A DNA stretch of 64,000 nt from Hydrolagus colliei (GCA_035084275.1 CM068763.1:5704001-5768000); one strand, 5' to 3'. Numbered from the stretch's first letter, positions 23,481 through 35,969 are shown. Notes: generated from the sequence alone by a model not told the origin. Program-made: numbers and translations.

Positions 23481-24984
23481 GGGATTGATTGGTATATAAG
23501 GATATGAGAGATATAAAGTCTCAGAAGAACAAATAAAATACTTTGAGAAGTGCAGGATTTAGTAAGTGCATACTGTTACCTGTTAGAGCCCCTTTGCTAT
23601 TTGATTTCTGCCCTCAACTCTGTCCCACTTTACACTCCAATGGCCCCAGCCGTAAAACACAACCTGAATGATCAGAGATATACAAAGCTTAATGGAATTG
23701 CTGTATGATTTAATGAGGAACGTGTATTCACATTTAAGGCTCAAGAGATAACTCCACATGCCACATATTCTGTGTGATCTCTAGCTCTAAGATACTAAGG
23801 TTAAACAGGATGCAATGTAATAGCTCAGGAAGACATGCTTGTGCCATATGGTACCATTTAGTATCATGGGATCCAGGCTCAATGGGATCCCTATCTTTGG
23901 GTAACATGGATTCCCAGTAACATCTGGACTCTGTTTCAACAGAGTATCTGCTCATCACACCTGTACTGATAACCTTGATGTATTCTGATCATGATTATTG
24001 AAAAACCAATGTAAAAATATCCAATGTTTGATGAAAGTCAGGGGTCAGTTTAAATCTGACAAAGAAGACCATATTTTGAATGCCCCATTGAGATAATGTT
24101 TGCTAACATTGCAATGTGAGTGGGTTCAGAGTGCCAAGAGTGCTCGCCTTATCTTTTGCTGTATGTCACAGAAAATCTTGGAGACTTTTCAGCCATGATG
24201 TTGGTCGCTGTGAAGCATTTTGGGACATCTCAAAGATATGGTAAGCCCCTATATGAGGGAGATAGTTGTGCAGCTTCAAGACATAGTGGCTGGAAGTACA
24301 GCCGATTGTGGAGCAGAGGGTCTTGGCAAAGTGAAGGCAGAGCAAGTCGAGAGGAGGCAGCGAGTAGTAATGTATAACATAGTAGTGTACAATGTTACAA
24401 ATACTAGTGTAGTGCAGGTCTGGGCAGGAACAGACATCTACCCACAAGGGAGTAGTGGGGTTCACATTTCAAGGCAATGTCCCCAAACTACTTACCTGAT
24501 ATCCACCATGAGATCATTGTCTGCAAAAGAGATTGGGGAAAACTAAATCCTACAAGATTTCATTTCAATCAAAGAGTGCTCTTAAATAATTCTCATTTTA
24601 ATTCAGTTTGGAATTTCCTTATTTCGAAATGGACATTTTTTTTATCCCCCTTAGCCCTCACCTGAAACGCCACTCACATAACACCAATTCCTCACTCCCT
24701 AGAATGTCCAGGCCCCTCCAGTAATTTATTTTTCCCCCTATCAATGTCATAAAATCAGCAGTATTAATGACAGTGAGTATGTATCTGCAATCTAATCAAA
24801 AAACTTATTACAATGGGATTTCATAAAGCTGTTATAAGCTATAAATATACAAGCAACAGTCAGACTTTCTGAGGTTAAATTGAAAAGTCTAAAGCACTTT
24901 ATATCCAGGTGCCAATCTTTTCATTTCTCTAAACCTGCCTGAGACAAAGGATGGATAGAACAGCACTTGACGACTTTGAATCAA

Positions 24985-25322
24985 CAATAATAATAATAAT
25001 CATTGCATTTGATATACTACCTGATTACATCATTGAGACATTGCAAACCACTTAACGCTGTAAAGTGAATTGACTGTATTTTGCGGGTGAACCTCGGCAG
25101 TCAATTACGCCCAGCAAGTGTCCCACAAACAGTTGTGGACTGAGAGTCCAAATTTTTTTTGATTCAAAGGAATCATTATCCTTAGAAAGTGATTCACCAA
25201 ATGACTAAAAAATGGTTTCCTACTTAGTGCGAGGTAAACTTAGTGCTAGGTAGCCTGGGAATTGAACCGGGTCCTCTCATTTGTGAGGTGAACACACTAA
25301 TCACTGTACTACAGGACTCTGC
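24985..25322 (-). mobile_element. SINE, long-middle subfamily, near full length
   Basis: Tail, core, middle, and head 'gggaattgaaccgggtcctctcatttgtgagg...actacaggactc'. Confidence 0.85.
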
Positions 25323-25449
25323 AAGACTCCACAAATTCTTAATTTTGAAACTCAATTTCTGCAAGTTTCTTTCAATAACTATAGAAAACCCCAGTGTGAA
25401 GATTTTTTTTCTAATCTTTCCTTTAATTTTTTTTTAGTGATTATCAACA

Positions 25450-25770
25450 TAAGACCTGTGTTTGAATCCAGGCAAATTAACAACAAATTACATTTATAGA
25501 GCGCCTTTCACGTCGGGAGGACGTCCCAAGGTGCGAAACCTTGGGCAAGTTTCCTTACTCCACATGCCTGATAATAATCTCTCAAAAAAAACACAATAAT
25601 AAATTGATCATTTCAATCCATGACTGTTTGTGGTACACTTCTGTGAACAATTGGCTACTGCGTTTTGCCCACAAATATACAGTCAATTCACTTTACAGTA
25701 TAATCTGTGAAGCGCTTTGAGACATCTAGAATACGTGGAAAGCGCTATCAAATGCAAGAATTATTATTAT
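25450..25770 (+). mobile_element. SINE with an antisense hairpin-only L2 insertion (~25475-25534)
   Basis: 'gacctgtgtttgaatccaggca', then 'aacaacaaattacatttatagagcgcctttcacgtcgggaggacgtcccaaggtgc', then 'gaaaccttgggcaag' through core and tail. Confidence 0.9.
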
Positions 25771-26222
25771 CGTAAGTGTGTCTATTCCTGTCGCTGATTC
25801 TCTAACCCAAAAAATATAATCTGTTATTATTTACCCATAAAATATACTCTCAAGGATCTTGAAGGCCTCAATCAGGTTCACCCTTGTAAGCCCATAACCT
25901 TGTCAACTCTGTCAGAAACATCTGACATGAACGGACTAGTAGGTCATTTGCTATAGTAATTCTGTCTGTCGCTGCAGCAATTCTACTTTACTTCTGACCC
26001 TCTGAATGGTGAAAAGAAATGAGAAAATGTGCTGAGAAAGTACCAGAAAAGAGAAATGAATTTCTCCCTGTGTCCTGGCCAACAATCCCCTAAATAAAAG
26101 TAGTCATTAACTTCAGAGCTGCTTGTGGGACGTTTCTCTGTCCAAGCTGGCTGCCATTGCCCACAAAACACACAGTCACTGCACTTTGTAGCAAATCCCG
26201 TGAAGTACTTAAGGACATCCTC

Positions 26223-26286
26223 AACAACAACAACAAATTACACTTATAAAGCACCTTTCACGTCGGGAGGACGTCCCAAGGCGCAA
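26223..26286 (-). mobile_element. Hairpin-only L2 tail micro-insertion with 6-bp TSD, inside a DeuSINE tail
   Basis: 'atcctc' at 26217-26222 and 26287-26292. Confidence 0.85.
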
Positions 26287-26369
26287 ATCCTCCCCAAGTG
26301 AAAGGCACTATAGCAAATATTAGGATTATTATTTTATTCTTAGAGCAATCCTTTCAGCTTTAAGCTTTG

Positions 26370-26832
26370 TAACCCCATCTCCCCCATCCTCGCCCGACTC
26401 CATTGGCTCCCCATCACCCAGAGGATCCAATTCAAGATCCTGGTCCTCCCATTGAAAGCTATCCACAGCCTCCCCCAATCCTACACCTGTGACCTCCTAA
26501 CCCCTACCAACCTGCCTGCTCCCTCCATTCTGCAGGCTTCAGCCTGCTCCATGCCCCCGATCCACCCGCCCACCATTGGCGGGCGAACCTTCTGTCCCCA
26601 ACCTCTGGAACTCCATTATAGTCCCTCCACCTCACCCCCTCCCTGGCCTCTTTCAAATCCTGCCTCAAGACCCTCCTTTTTCACGGTCCCATTGGTCACC
26701 CCAAATCTCCCTCCACCCTCCCCGTCCCTGACTCCAACCCTGACACTTGGGTCTGAAACAATGATTGTCCAGCGCCTTGGGACATACTCCTGATGTGGAA
26801 GATGCTATACAAGTGTAATTTTGTTGTTGTTT
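26370..26832 (+). mobile_element. L2 3' fragment (ORF2 C-terminus, UTR, type-A tail)
   Basis: Encodes PISPILARLHWLPITQRIQFKIL; tail 'cagcgccttgggacatactcctgatgtggaagatgctatac...ttgttgttg'. Confidence 0.92.
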
Positions 26833-27961
26833 CAAACACTGCAAAGAACTGTGCACATGGTTAGGATCTCAACAAACAAGGCGATAGCGGACACCCGACA
26901 TACTTCTTCAGGCTTGACGGGAATCGACAACTGAAACAGGTTACCAGGAAGCCAGGCAGAGGTACTGCTCTGAAAGAGGGGATCAACAGGGTTTCATCCA
27001 TGGCTTTGTTTGATTCTGCGATGGCTGGAAGCAGGAAAGTCTGGATACGTAGAGCAAAGCACTCAGAACCTGAGAGAGAATGATGTGACTGAGATTTCTG
27101 AGATGATCTTTGTGTGAAGCAGAGCTATGATGACTGTGAGCAGTCCACACTGTAACTAGCAACCTCTACTATGGTCTCTGGCGATGAACCAACCGGAGCT
27201 TTCATCAAGATATTCATCCAGCACGACACAATTTACCCTGCCAGCTTTAGACCCGGCTTATTGAATTCTGTGTTCTAATAAACGAAGAGTGTCAGAGACA
27301 CAGGCCTAACTAATATAAATCTCCTAACTACGGATCCGATAAGGGATTAAGCACTGATCTTTCCTCAGAGACTTATAATCGTCTTGCGCAATCAAAGGCT
27401 CAATAAAACCCATTTTCCAGCAGTCAGCACCCTTACTTCATGTTGCCAGACTGTAGCTTTTACTCTGCACTGCACGCCCTGATGAACGGAATCTTTTGAA
27501 TCAATTGAAAATCCCAGAGCATTTTTTTTTCTCCCCCCACACACAGTGTACTCACCCTTGTGATTCAATTACTGTGGCTACAAGTTTATGCTTGCAGCAG
27601 GCACAGGAAAAGACAATATGTTGAAATGCTGTGATCAGCGATAGATCGGATGCTTTGTGTTGATTTTCTCTTAGAGTTATATTTATGTTGCCTTTTGATT
27701 TTCTCTCTTCCACCTCTTCCATCACGGATACTCATTGGGACTTTTGCCAAAGTGTTCTTTCTTCTGTTGTGAGACTGGAAACCGAGTTCTGGCAATGTTA
27801 ATCCATGCAGCTTGACCACCTATCAGGCTCCCATTGCAGGCTGCATCCCTACAACACTAACAACGATAACAACAACAACAAAATTATATTTGTAAAGTAC
27901 CTTTGATATCAGGAGGACGTCCCCAGGTGCTTCAACATATCCAGGCTTAATTACTCTAGTG

Positions 27962-28109
27962 AACAAAACACAAAATACTGCACATGCTGGAAATCTGGAA
28001 CAAAAACAGAGAGACGAAGGGTTGACTCACGAAACGTTGACTCACTTTCCTTTCTCCATAGATGCTGCCTGACTTCCTAGGTTTTCCCAGCTCTCTCTGT
28101 TTTTGTTTC
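27962..28109. mobile_element. Penelope-like (PLE) inverted terminal fragment with 13-bp TSD
   Basis: TSD 'aattactctagtg' at 27949-27961 and 28110-28122. Inverted arms 'aacaaaaacagagaga' / 'tctctctgtttttgtt'. Motifs 'aaatactgcacatgctggaaatct' and 'gacgaagggttgactcacgaaacgtt'. Confidence 0.75.
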
Positions 28110-28309
28110 AATTACTCTAGTGTCCTGCTCACCAGACTCGTCCATTCACAAGCTGTGGACCATCCAGAAATTTGCAGCCATGAAAGGCACTATATAAATG
28201 TAAATTATAATCTTAAATTTTAATGTCAATTAATAAACAGAGGGGAGGGCCTTCTATTTCAGCCTTCACAGAATATACTCTATTCTTCTTCTTCTTATTA
28301 TTGTTGTTG

Positions 28310-28865
28310 TTATTATTATTAAAGTGAATTGAATGCAAATCTTGTGGACAAAACACCACAATCCCTTCGCCTTGCTTCCTCCCTTGCCTCCTTGAAGGTG
28401 AGAGTCAAGATCCTCTTTTTTGACTGTGCTTTCAGCCACCCTCATACCTCTCTGCCTTCCCTCATCCCGACCCTGCCCCCACCCCACCACCCCCCTGCAT
28501 GCACGGGTCTAGACCTCTGACTGGTCAGTGCCTTGGGATGTCCTCCCTACATGAAAGACACTCTACAAATGTAATTTTGCTGTTGTTATTGTTGAAACCC
28601 AATAGGCAATTGCTCGTAGTAGTGTCCTACAACTAGAACATTGATTGAGTGACCAAATTATTACTATAATGTTTTTTGAAGTGGATTATGGTGAAACAGT
28701 CTAACTGATCAACTAATAACTGGGTTTCTACTTATTGTTAGATAAGATATGTGGAGGTGTATGGAGTAAGGAAACTTGCCTGAGTTTTCACCCTGCCTGG
28801 GAATTGAACCAGAGTCCTCTCACTTGCGAGACTAGTGCTCTAACTAATATGCTACAGGACTCCAC
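28310..28865 (-). mobile_element. Long-middle SINE interrupted by a plus-strand L2 3' end (~28355-28595)
   Basis: Head 'gggaattgaaccagagtcctctcacttgcgagactagtgctctaac...ctacaggactccac'; L2 type-A tail inside. Confidence 0.85.
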
Positions 28866-29174
28866 AGCCTTGGTATATCATTATTTGTCACTTCTCCGAA
28901 ATGCTGCTTAGTACTGGCACTGAGCTCTCAGAGGAAGGGATGGGGAGGAATAATTTGTCAAGGTCTAAAGGGTAAGTTTTTCAAGTTAGCCCATGAATTG
29001 AAAACATCCTTACGGTAAAACATTCCCTGTTGAAGCCAGAAGAAAAATCATTTCCTGCATTTGCTTCAGGACATCGATTATACATGGTAGGAAATTGTAC
29101 ATTGGCAGTAAAACTTCACTACCATTAAATGTCTCTACATAAGCAACTTATAGAGATATTGTTGATGATGTACA

Positions 29175-29575
29175 GGTGTCAGCCTGGTTCAGACAGGAGT
29201 CACAAGTTGTGGGCCCAAATCCAACATTAGGACTTTGAACTCACAGTCTCGTCTGAAACTCCAATACAGCCTTGGGGGTTTGCTGTATTATTGTAGATGC
29301 TGTCTTATCCTTTGGATAAACGGAGGCTCTGTCTGCCTGTTCAGGTGGATGTTAAAGATCTGATGGTACCTTTCAAAAAAAGAGAGAAAGGAACTTATCT
29401 TGGTTTCTGGCTAATAATATCGCAGACAAAATTGGCCGTTTAAATTGTGGCTGTTTGTGTGTAAATTGGCTCCTGTGTTTGCCCCCAAAACACACTCATC
29501 AGAAAACCTGCATTGTGACATTGTCCCAATTTGAAAGGCACTAGAATCAAATGCAAGGATTATTATTATGATTAT
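29175..29575 (+). mobile_element. Old DeuSINE, near full length
   Basis: 'gtgtcagcctggttcag...tctgtctgcctgttcaggtggatgttaaagatc...ctggctaataat', then core and tail. Confidence 0.8.
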
Positions 29576-30432
29576 TACTATGAATATAATATTGAAAATA
29601 AACTACTTGGAAGCATTAGATGTTTGTGAGTTTCTGTTTGCTTTTTCCCTTAAAGGCATGTGAGATATTGCAAGCCTTGGTTAAAGCTGTATCTCATTCA
29701 CACAGTGAGAGGATTGGAGTTCTGCTCAGTAACTGATTGCCTGTTTTTACTGAAAATAGACTTCAGCTTCATAAACCGTATGGGATCTGAAATTCCACCT
29801 AGCCTTAGCCTGTGAATCACATTTGCCTTAAAAATGTTAGCCCCTGCAAAATTGTGGAAGGTCGAGACACCATCTGAAAACTGTTGGGTTTTTTTCCGCA
29901 GCACTTAAAAGGCTTCAAATCTAAGACTCAATTGCAGAATCTTCCACAATTCTTTGCAAATCTTATATTTGCTCCAAAAAGATAAGGACCATGTAGAAAC
30001 TCTGGCGAATGCAGGCGAGACAGTGCGTCCTTCATTCGATTTGCTTCACACAGGCTTCTTGTCAGGAAAAGCTTTGTACAGTTTGAATGAAATGGATTGA
30101 CTTAAATAGCAGTTCTGTAACCATGGTAGCTCGGCTCTGAGTGATTTTGCCCTCAGTGAATGCCTCTTGCCTTCAGCTCACACAGCAAGCAGTTCTCAGG
30201 CACAGTATAGCTAACAGCAGCTTCAAGTTTTTGCTGCTAAATCAAGAGAGATCATTGCGGTATTTTCTCTCTTTGCCCTGTTCACAATCAGCACACACCC
30301 AGGGAATGGGAATTATGACAACAAGGTGCTTTGATATTGAGCCCTTCAGGCCTGGTAGCGTCCCAGAGCGCTTGATAGTGGTAGAGTCTAACCCCGAGTC
30401 AGGAAGACAAAGCACCATCAAAAAGGGCTTCA

Positions 30433-30678
30433 NNNNNNNNNNNNNNNNNNNNNNNNNNNNNNNNNNNNNNNNNNNNNNNNNNNNNNNNNNNNNNNNNNNN
30501 NNNNNNNNNNNNNNNNNNNNNNNNNNNNNNNNNNNNNNNNNNNNNNNNNNNNNNNNNNNNNNNNNNNNNNNNNNNNNNNNNNNNNNNNNNNNNNNNNNNN
30601 NNNNNNNNNNNNNNNNNNNNNNNNNNNNNNNNNNNNNNNNNNNNNNNNNNNNNNNNNNNNNNNNNNNNNNNNNNNNNN
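30433..30678. other. Assembly gap (246 N)
   Basis: Run of N. Confidence 1.
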
Positions 30679-30754
30679 TGTTTGTCTCGTGTCTGGTCAG
30701 CTCCCGTATGTACACGACAATTAAAAGCTAGTCATTCTCATCTTGTACCACAAT

Positions 30755-30970
30755 AATACCATAATAATCCATACGATCTAGTGCCTTATCGTAGTGTTGA
30801 GACGTCTCAAACTCAAAACCTTTCACAAAATTTAGTGGAAAGTGAATTGACTGGGTACTTTGTGGGGCAAAATGTGTCAGCCAATTGCGCACAGAATGTC
30901 TCACAAACAGTCAGGGATTGAGTGACTGCATTTTTGGAAAAATTTATTAATTAAGATTATTACACACGGA
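30755..30970 (-). mobile_element. SINE, truncated
   Basis: Tail 'gtgccttatcgtagtgttgagacgtctcaaa' and core 'cagccaattgcgcacagaatgtctcacaaacag'. Confidence 0.85.
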
Positions 30971-31109
30971 AAGCGTCCTGCGTCCTAACATATTGTACAA
31001 CTCAGAGGAAGCTCTTATAACAATAATAATACAATACTTGCATTTGAAAGAGTGGGCTGGGGGTGGGGGAGTGGGGGAAAGTTTCCAAGAACTTCACAGG
31101 AATTACCAT

Positions 31110-31450
31110 CAATAATAATAATAATAAAAAACCTTGCATTCGATATAGCGCCTTATCACGTCTTCTAGATGCCTGAAAGCGCTTCACAGAATATACTGTA
31201 AAGTGAATTGACTATATGTTTGTGGGTGAAATGCAGCAGCCAATTGCACACAGTAGTCTTCCACAAACAGCCATTGATTGAAATGACCTATTTATTAGTG
31301 TTTTGTTTTCTTGAGGGATTATTATCAGACGCTTGGAGTAAGGAAACTTGCCCAAGGTTTCGCCCTGCCTGGAATCAAACCCAGGCCTCTTGCTTACAAG
31401 GCGAGTGGTCTAAACACTGAGATGGAGCAAGTGCTCTAACCACTGAGATT
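31110..31450 (-). mobile_element. Full-length SINE with a duplicated head end
   Basis: Complete tail, core and head; 'gagtggtctaaacactgagat' recurs as 'aagtgctctaaccactgagat'. Confidence 0.92.
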
Positions 31451-32099
31451 AAAGTATATGGGGATAGATATGGGGAAATACAATCAAGTGTATTGACTGT
31501 ATAATTTGCGGTTGTCCGTCACAGTGTCTATGAAATCATCAGAGACCTGAGACACGAACACTTCAAAACTAACATGAAGCCTTGACGGTCATCATAATAG
31601 TATTTGTAAGAATTACTCTGCCTGCATTTGCTCAGAAAGGTCAGAGTTAATTTATTTGAAACTTGTTAAAAGTGAATGCTTTGTTTGGGATTCGTGTAAA
31701 CAGCAATGCGTAATCATACCCATGTATGATTAAACCTAATCGCCGTATTCAAGTATAGCAGCTCAGAAGCTTTCTCTCGGGACAATCATTAATATTTATC
31801 CAGTTTTACACTTCATTAATTAAACCCTTTCCACGACTACAGAGCTTGGAGAGAAGATTACAGGGGATTACTCTGCCCAACAGTTGTACAAGTTTGAGCT
31901 CAGCAAGGAATCAAATCGCGTTCTCATTTCGCTTCTTTACAAACACTGATTTTGTTTCAAGGTCTTGTCGGAAATGAAAGGCGTAGAGGCATAATTATGT
32001 GGTGCACACGGCAACTTCCTGATTAATAACCAACTCATGATGGCTTGAACATGATACAGGTCACGAAGCCTTTTAGTTCTCGGATGTCTGCTGGATGGG

Positions 32100-32360
32100 A
32101 AACAATGTTAAAGGGTATGTGGAAAGAGCAAAGAAGCGAGGTTACAATACATAGCGTTGATGAAGTGAGCGAGGATAAGCACAACCATGGCAGGAAAAGA
32201 GCATGTGAATGGGATTAGAATATGCCGGTGTTGGGGGTTAGTTCTACACCAGTAATGAAGAAAGAGCAGGAGAAAGGGATTAGAATAGTGAGTGAGCAAA
32301 GCACTCACTCAATGGAGTGAATGGACTCCTTTGAACTGTAAACTTTCTAGGATTCTATGG
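32100..32360 (+). mobile_element. Old CR1 3' tails
   Basis: 'aagggtatgtggaaagagc' and 'gagtgaatggactcctttgaactgtaaactttctaggattctatg'. Confidence 0.55.
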
Positions 32361-32554
32361 AAGCCTCAATACGTAGACAATAATTCTCTCCTTGTTAGTA
32401 GTAACAAGACATGTCCTGCTGCTCTTAACTGTTAGATATTTTCCATCTGATTCCTATCCTGGAACTTTGAGTGATGCAAAAAGTACATGCTTTGTGGCCT
32501 CTTGACCTTGTTTTCTCATTCTATGGGAAGGGGCGTGAGGTTAGAGGTCTCCTA

Positions 32555-32878
32555 TAATAATAATAATCCTTGTATTGATATAGTGCTTTTCACATCTTAC
32601 CGACGTCTCAAAGCGCTTCACAGAATATACTGTAAAGTGAATTGACTATATATTTGTGGGCAAACGCAGCAGCCAATTGCGCATAGCAGTGTCCCACAAA
32701 CAGTCGTGGATTGAAAATGACCATTATTTATTATTGTGTTTGTTTTTTTGGATGGATTATTATTAGGCGTGCGGAGAAAGGAAACTTGCCCAAGATTTCA
32801 CCCTGACCTGTCTGGATTCGAACACGGGTCTCACAAATTGTAAGGCGAGTGCTCTAACCACTGAGCTACAGCAGCTCC
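32555..32878 (-). mobile_element. Full-length young SINE (TAC-anticodon subfamily)
   Basis: Reverse complement reads 'tagctcagtggttagagcactcgccttacaa...gttcgaatccagacaggtcagggtgaaa'; CpGs retained. Confidence 0.95.
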
Positions 32879-33359
32879 CCTCTTTGGAGTGGCTCCAAAC
32901 TGGCTCCAAAGTGACGTGTTTGATAATGAACATATGGAATGGAGTCGATCCTCTTGTTGGTAGCCTGGTTCCTAGTCTAGGTGGATCCACAGTACATTGT
33001 TGATGACAAACTAGCCAGCCTGGCTCATCAGCAGGACATGAAAAGGCGGATTAATCATTGGTGCAAGATGCCTCCCCACTGGTTCCTGTTAACCCTGAAA
33101 GCAAAAACCCAAGGGTGGTCCTAGCTGGACAAGCAAAGAAAAGCCTGCTAGACTCAATGCAAGCTATACAAGTTCAAGCTGGCTAAAATCCAACGCACAT
33201 CCTGGAGTCTTCGAGCCTTGGCTCTCACCAACCTGCAAATAATGTTCTCTGGGTTTGGATGTCAGGGTAGGATCTCTGATCTGAACCTCTGAAATCTGAC
33301 TGAAAAAACAAACGTTTCCTTTGTCATTTGCTGTAAAGGTTCAATATTAGTGTGTGTCG

Positions 33360-33835
33360 AACAATGTGATAAAAATATCTCAAAGCTCTTCACAGGATTC
33401 ACTGTGTAAGTGTAATGACTATTTATAAGCAAATGTGGACAAAGGGATTAAGGGATATGGGGATAAGGCGATCTATTCTAACGTGGAGTTAGAATAGATC
33501 AGCCACAATCTTATTGAATGGCAGGGCGGGCTCGAGGGGCCGAATGGCCTACTCCTGCTCCTAATTCTTATGTTCACAGCAATCTCCCACAAACAGCCAT
33601 GAGCTGAATGACCAATTTTATCTGGGTGATAGTTGCCAGGACATCGAGAGGAACTCCATTCACTTGGATTATTGTCTCGCATGAAAGATGGCACATCCGA
33701 CAATGCAGTACGCTCTACAGTACTATATTGGTGTGACAAACTAGACTGGGTACTGAAATTCCCCATGTGGGACTTGAACCCACAACTTTCTAACTCAGAG
33801 GCGAGAGTGATACCTGCTGAGCCAGGTTGACACTG
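33360..33835 (-). mobile_element. Old DeuSINE with a nested plus-strand CR1 3' tail (33440-33574)
   Basis: Head 'gggacttgaacccacaactttctaactcagaggcgagagtg...ctgagccaggttgacac'. The CR1 tail 'gggccgaatggcctactcctgctcctaattcttatgttc' is identical to the one near 41250. Confidence 0.88.
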
Positions 33836-34559
33836 TATGATTCTGTGTTTCTCTGGTAGCTGGGATCCTGTGTACGTGGGTTAGTCTAAATAGAGAGCAA
33901 GCAGATGTGGTTCTCCTCCACATGCATCTCCAGCAAGCTCCAGATCTAATGTAAATCGGCATCAGTTGGTCTCAGAGGGCATCCTTTATACGTGCAGGGA
34001 AATTTGACTGGAAGTCGTTTAGCTTTTTTTGCTGGCTGTTCAGAACAAGTTGGGGATAGCTTTGGGAGCATCAGAAGCCGCTGAATTATGCAAGTGGAGG
34101 GTCCCGTGTGTGAGCAAAGCACATTAAAACCGTGAGATATCTGAGGTGATTATCTCGTACTCTGGGACCAGAACACAAGGGCGCGGATTGTTGGCGTGTG
34201 CTGAGGAAATGACGGAGGTAATTACATGGGACTACACACACTAGGTAGCTGAATCCTGGGCATTAGTTATGCCCAGCTCTAGATCAATGAAAAAAGCCTA
34301 TTGGCTCCATCAGTGCCGAGTGACTAGAATAAAATGCTAATCATAAGCAAACTGATCCCTACTCTGTCAAAACACATTTATTTATGGAAATGATTTATAC
34401 CAGGTGTGACAAAAAGACTGTTTGTACTGCTTTAGTACATGTAGCTAATAAACCGATCAGAGAAACAGGAACTGAGACTGAGATAGCACAATGGGGACTC
34501 TACTCTGTCTCTCTCTGATATTGGCGATAATATTATTACTATTAATATTATTGTGTATC

Positions 34560-34808
34560 ACTTTCTGGGGATAGTAATCCCTTCAATTTTAAAAAAATAA
34601 TTGGGACACTCAATCCACTGTTTGTGAGATACTGCTGTGTGCAATTAGCTACTGTTTTTACTATTTTGCTAGCTACTACTGTTAGCTACTATTTTGCCCA
34701 CAAAATACGCAGTCACTACAATTTACAGTGTATGCTGTGAAGCACTTTAAGATGTCTCGAAGACGTGTTAAGGCACTATATCAAGTGCAAGGGTGATTAT
34801 TATTATTG
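34560..34808 (+). mobile_element. SINE, truncated, with internal micro-duplications
   Basis: Core and tail present; 'agctact' and 'actattttgc' are repeated inside the core. Confidence 0.85.
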
Positions 34809-34895
34809 AGGATAATGTTCTCTTTCATTTTCACTCTCTCTTTGCCTCTCTCTGATATTTGGGACAGTGTTTTTGTTCTCTCTTCTCACCGATGG

Positions 34896-35222
34896 ATAAT
34901 AATAATAATCCTTGCATTTGACGTAGCGCTTTTCACATTTTAGCAGCGTCTCAAAGTGCTTCACAGAATAAACTATAAAGTGAATGGACTGTATATTTGT
35001 GGGCGAATCGCGGCAGCCAATTGCCCACAGCAGTGTCCCATAAACAGTCGTGGATTGAAATGACCAATTTTATTTGGGGACGGATTAGTATTAGGCGTGT
35101 GGAGTAAGGAAACTTGCTCAAGATTTTGCCCTGTTCTGCCTGGATTCAAACACAGGTCTCCCCAGCTTGGTCTCTCCAGTTTGCAAGACAAGTAATCTAA
35201 CCACTAAGCTACAAGAGCTCCA
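34896..35222 (-). mobile_element. Full-length young SINE
   Basis: (AAT)n tail, CpG-rich core 'gggcgaatcgcggcagccaattg', head 'ggattcaaacacagg...ctaaccactaagctaca'. Confidence 0.95.
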
Positions 35223-35659
35223 GGATATAGCGTACAGGCAAAGGGCACATCATAGAGCTAATCCTATTGGCACATCTGAACCTTTCCAATGGCAGCTGAG
35301 TTTCTCCAAACTTGTGCCGTTAGCCAATCTACTCAGCACAAAGCACAGGGTATTTAAATTATCAACAACCCCTTGGCTGAGGAGCTGATGCAGAGGTCAT
35401 TAATAACTAAGGCATTAAAAGCCTTAAAGTAAGTAATTGGTCACAGTTATTTAAACACTGTTCCAATCCTCACAGCAGCGTCTATTCTTTGATGTTCATG
35501 GGTTAAAAGGCAGGTTAGAGGAATAGTGGTGAGGCCAGGTCAGAGAATGGCAATAGCTTCCTCACTCAGTCAGCTGGGAACTGCTCTCAGACTATTTCAA
35601 GACAGCAGTTCTGACAAAGTGCTGAAAGCAAATGCATATTGGCTCGAGCCTCCTGCTTG

Positions 35660-35927
35660 TGTTTTGTGCTCTCCGTTCCACAATCGGTGGCCATCACTTT
35701 AGCCACTGTGCCTGAAATTCTGGAACGCACTCCCTCAATCCCTCCACCATGCCTGCTTCTTGCCCATCTTGAAGTCGCACCTGAAGATCTGTCTCTTCAA
35801 CAATGCTTGCAGCCACTGCTCCCCTCCCCTCTCTCACCATATCAGCGCAGTGCCTCCGATGCTGTCAAGGTCTCTGGGATGCTACGTTGCATGAGGGGCG
35901 ATATATAAATGCCAGTTTTTGTTGTGT
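35660..35927 (+). mobile_element. L2 3' end (type-C tail)
   Basis: 'aattctggaacgcactccctc...gctgtcaaggtctctgggatgctacgttgcatgaggggcgatatataaatgcc'. Confidence 0.8.
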
Positions 35928-35969
35928 AGCGGTTCTAAAACAAGGCAGTAAAGGAAGTACATTCAGGTG

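Noticed and set aside
27479-27510. CTGATGA...GAAA as a hammerhead ribozyme (similar case at ~10937-10967)
   Set aside because: No credible stem II between the boxes and no flanking stems.
30141-30731. ORFs spanning the N run
   Set aside because: Their length is an artefact of the assembly gap.
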